DNA from: an uncultured Mycoplasmatota bacterium
Lineage (GTDB): Bacteria > Bacillota_I > Bacilli_A > RF39 > UBA660
Direction of reading: 5' to 3'
Assembly (NCBI GenBank): GCA_947056845.1
Contig: CAMSCJ010000004.1
Location: 3,148-67,147, forward strand
Length of the DNA stretch: 64,000 nt
A model generated the notes under the pieces. That model ran no database searches and was not told the origin of the DNA. It saw nothing but the letters and a program-made list of their open reading frames with translations. How positions within the stretch are numbered: the first letter of the stretch is position 1; each line of letters starts with the position of its first letter. Shown in pieces: positions 61,479-64,000 of the stretch. A program made the translations under genes and the position numbers.

Positions 61479-62210
61479 ATGTTAAGTAAAGACGAATTAA
61501 TAAAATATAGAAAAGAACTTAGTAAAAAAATAGCAAATAATCAAGGTAAAGAAAAAATTATCATACCTAAGGAAATTATCAATCAAGTGCTTTTTGAGAA
61601 TGATCCTTGTAATGAACAATATAAAATATTTTATGATTGCGAAATAGATTTCCGAGGGCAGATAATAGTAGATACTGTTGATTTAACTGATGCTTGTTTA
61701 GATTATGTTAATATAAGCTATATTAATGATTTCTCTAATAGTAAGGGTGTAAAAATTAATCCTCAAAAAATGCAGAATAAATACTTAGATTATCGAAAGT
61801 TTAAAAATGTAAAATTTATAGGTCCATTTGATGGTTGTTGCATAAATCAATCATCATTTAATGGTAGTGAAGGGGCTAAAATCGATTTTAAAACCATTCA
61901 ACTAGATTATTTCGGACATAATACAGCTTTTGCTGATGCATGGATAATCGGTCCATTCGATGATGTAGACACATTTTCACCAAGTTTTGATGGAATAGTT
62001 ATAACCACTACTGATTTAAGAAATTTAATAAAAAGTGGATGTTATCCTTTTTTAGAAAACATTAGATTAATAGATGAAGACGGAAAATTTGAAAATTATG
62101 AAACTTCAGAATTTTATACACCAGAAGGAATTATTAAAACAAAAAAAATAAAAAAATTTAACGATAACACTTTAGAATGGAATCTAGTTTTTCATAATCG
62201 TTTTAAATAA
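61479..62210 (+). CDS. Pentapeptide-repeat-like beta-solenoid protein
   Basis: Repeated FSNSKGVKIN/FNGSEGAKID and IGPFD units. Confidence 0.55.
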   Translation: MLSKDELIKYRKELSKKIANNQGKEKIIIPKEIINQVLFENDPCNEQYKIFYDCEIDFRGQIIVDTVDLTDACLDYVNISYINDFSNSKGVKINPQKMQNKYLDYRKFKNVKFIGPFDGCCINQSSFNGSEGAKIDFKTIQLDYFGHNTAFADAWIIGPFDDVDTFSPSFDGIVITTTDLRNLIKSGCYPFLENIRLIDEDGKFENYETSEFYTPEGIIKTKKIKKFNDNTLEWNLVFHNRFK

Positions 62211-62271
62211 ACGATTTTTTTGTTTAGACTTAATAAATATGGTATAATAATCTTTAGTTAGGAATGATAGT

Positions 62272-63378
62272 ATGAAAACAGTAGTTGTTGGAATGAGTGG
62301 GGGAGTAGATAGTAGTGTAGCTGCTATCAAGTTACTTGAAGAAGGTTATAATGTTATTGGTTTATTTATGCGTAATTGGGATAGTATGGTCAATAATGAT
62401 ATTTTAGGTAATCCAACATTAAATAATAATATCTGCCCTCAAGAACAGGATTATAATGATGCTTTAGCTGTATGTCAAAAACTAAATATTCCATTGCATA
62501 GAATCGACTTTGTTAAAGAATACTGGGATTATGTATTTACTTATTTTTTAGATGAATTAAAAAAAGGAAGAACTCCAAATCCCGATATAATGTGTAATAA
62601 ATATATAAAATTTGATGCTTTTGTTAAAGAAGCGAAGAAATTAGGGGCTGACTATATAGCAACAGGACATTATGCAAGAGTAAAAAATGGGAAACTATAC
62701 AGAGGCTTAGATAATAACAAAGATCAATCATATTTTTTATCACAAATATCTAATAAACAACTAGAAAATGTCTTATTTCCTATTGGTGAAATGCAAAAAT
62801 CACAGGTTAGAAAAATAGCGGAAGAACACGATTTAATAACCGCCCATAAAAAAGATTCAACTGGTATTTGTTTTATAGGTGAAAGAAATTTTAAAGATTT
62901 TTTAAAAAATTATTTACCTAATACACCAGGCAACATTGTAAATATTGAAACAAATGAAATAATTGGCAGTCATATTGGACTAATGTATTATACAATTGGT
63001 CAAAGAAAGGGTTTAGATTTAGGTGGAAATAGTGATAAGTTATTTGTCGTTGGGAAAAATATTAATGAAAATATTTTATATGTTGCTTTAAACGAAAAAA
63101 ATGATTACTTAATTAGCACCGAAGCTATTATCGAGCAAATTAATTGGATAAGTGATTATAAGCCTGAAGAATGTACAGCTAAATTTCGTTATCGTCAAAT
63201 TGATAATGAAGTAAAATTAGAGTACTTAAATGATGAAACCGTTATTGTAAAATATCCTCAAGGAATTAAATCAGTTACACCTGGACAAGCTTGCGTCTTT
63301 TATCATGAAGAAGAATGTTTAGGCGGAGGAATTATTAAAGAAGTTAGAAAAAATGGTGAAAAGCTTTGGTATTTATAA
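62272..63378 (+). CDS. mnmA: tRNA-specific 2-thiouridylase
   Basis: MSGGVDSSV, TPNPDIMCN, ATGHY, KDQSYFL, DSTGICFIGE, TPGQ. Confidence 0.97.
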   Translation: MKTVVVGMSGGVDSSVAAIKLLEEGYNVIGLFMRNWDSMVNNDILGNPTLNNNICPQEQDYNDALAVCQKLNIPLHRIDFVKEYWDYVFTYFLDELKKGRTPNPDIMCNKYIKFDAFVKEAKKLGADYIATGHYARVKNGKLYRGLDNNKDQSYFLSQISNKQLENVLFPIGEMQKSQVRKIAEEHDLITAHKKDSTGICFIGERNFKDFLKNYLPNTPGNIVNIETNEIIGSHIGLMYYTIGQRKGLDLGGNSDKLFVVGKNINENILYVALNEKNDYLISTEAIIEQINWISDYKPEECTAKFRYRQIDNEVKLEYLNDETVIVKYPQGIKSVTPGQACVFYHEEECLGGGIIKEVRKNGEKLWYL

Positions 63379-63455
63379 TCAAACCTTACTATACTAATGC
63401 TTTACACTTGACAATTGACATATAAATGGTAAAATGATAATAGGAGGATTATGAA

Positions 63456-64000
63456 ATGAGTAGATTGAATGATATATTACATGAACTTGGAATATCGAAA
63501 GTTAAATTAGCTAAAGTATTAGGCGTATCACGTCAAATGATATATAATTATTTGGAATTAGATGATATCAATAAATGGCCTAAAGATAAAAAAGTTTTAT
63601 TATTAAATTTATTAGGAGTAAAATCAGCTGAAGATGTTGATAATATAAAAGTAGACACTGATTATATTTTAAGTGTTGAAACACGCCTAAATAGTTTATT
63701 TGATAATTCACAAAAAACAGAATTTGTCGATAACAGTCTTTATAATGGAATTGGAAAAAAGCAAAAAGAATTATTGCATAATATAGTTGAATTATTAAAG
63801 GAAAATTTAGATGATGATGACGATACTGAAGCTTATAATGCCTACAAGTATTTATATTATTATTTACAGGCGATGGAAACATCAAAAGAATTAAAATATA
63901 TTCTTGCTTATATGGCTAAAGCTACAGGGGCTATAAAACCAGATGAATTTGTCTTTAACGAAGATGAGCAATTTATTTTTGAAAGTATTATGTTCTCAGC
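63456..64000 (+). CDS. XRE-type HTH protein (runs off window end)
   Basis: MSRLNDILHELGISKVKLAKVLGVSRQMIYNYL; AGGAGG RBS; open to 64000. Confidence 0.8.
   Translation, partial: MSRLNDILHELGISKVKLAKVLGVSRQMIYNYLELDDINKWPKDKKVLLLNLLGVKSAEDVDNIKVDTDYILSVETRLNSLFDNSQKTEFVDNSLYNGIGKKQKELLHNIVELLKENLDDDDDTEAYNAYKYLYYYLQAMETSKELKYILAYMAKATGAIKPDEFVFNEDEQFIFESIMFS

Noticed and set aside
14170-63885. Short antisense or overlapping ORFs in the track (e.g. 14170, 16018, 19982, 23260, 25818, 27030, 31337, 46101, 49298, 52465, 63580)
   Set aside because: They shadow well-supported genes and lack RBS or motifs
1-64000. CRISPR array, rRNA, IS transposase, or TGA-as-Trp recoding
   Set aside because: No repeat-spacer array, rRNA or transposase seen by eye; conserved genes are full length under code 11 and TGA ends ORFs (e.g. 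26370)

Overview
Very AT-rich chromosomal segment (standard genetic code, TGA used as stop) from a genome-reduced, probably spore-forming member of the Bacilli (RF39/Erysipelotrichia-like; this is an inference). It holds housekeeping genes in condensed Bacillus-like order (radC-mreC-mreD-spoIVFA-spoIVFB-rplU-prp-rpmA; lspA-rluD; rnhC/cvpA/trxA; mutS; dxr, nusB-xseAB-spoIVB; spoIIM; mnmA), two tRNA genes (Thr-CGT, Lys-CTT), a ~14 kb Wzx/Wzy polysaccharide locus and many single orphan genes. The most striking feature is an ~8.4 kb integrated element (7917-16344). It combines a Tn916-type Xis/Int module with its arm repeats, a CRESS-virus-like HUH/SF3-helicase Rep, a stem-loop origin carrying the circovirus/nanovirus nonanucleotide TAGTATTAC plus iterons, a TcpA/FtsK ATPase and a cargo of surface proteins. 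It sits exactly between the ribosome-binding site and the ATG of a host lipoprotein gene, with the start codon inside the coupling sequence. Excision should therefore give either a restored gene or a start-less allele. Other leads are a RelE/Gp49-domain protein coupled to a 608-aa helical partner, an orphan ADP-ribosyltransferase-like gene, a Wzy-GT2 fusion with a retained internal RBS, and a PP-loop/CapA pair in the polysaccharide locus. All homology calls come from motif recognition, not database searches.
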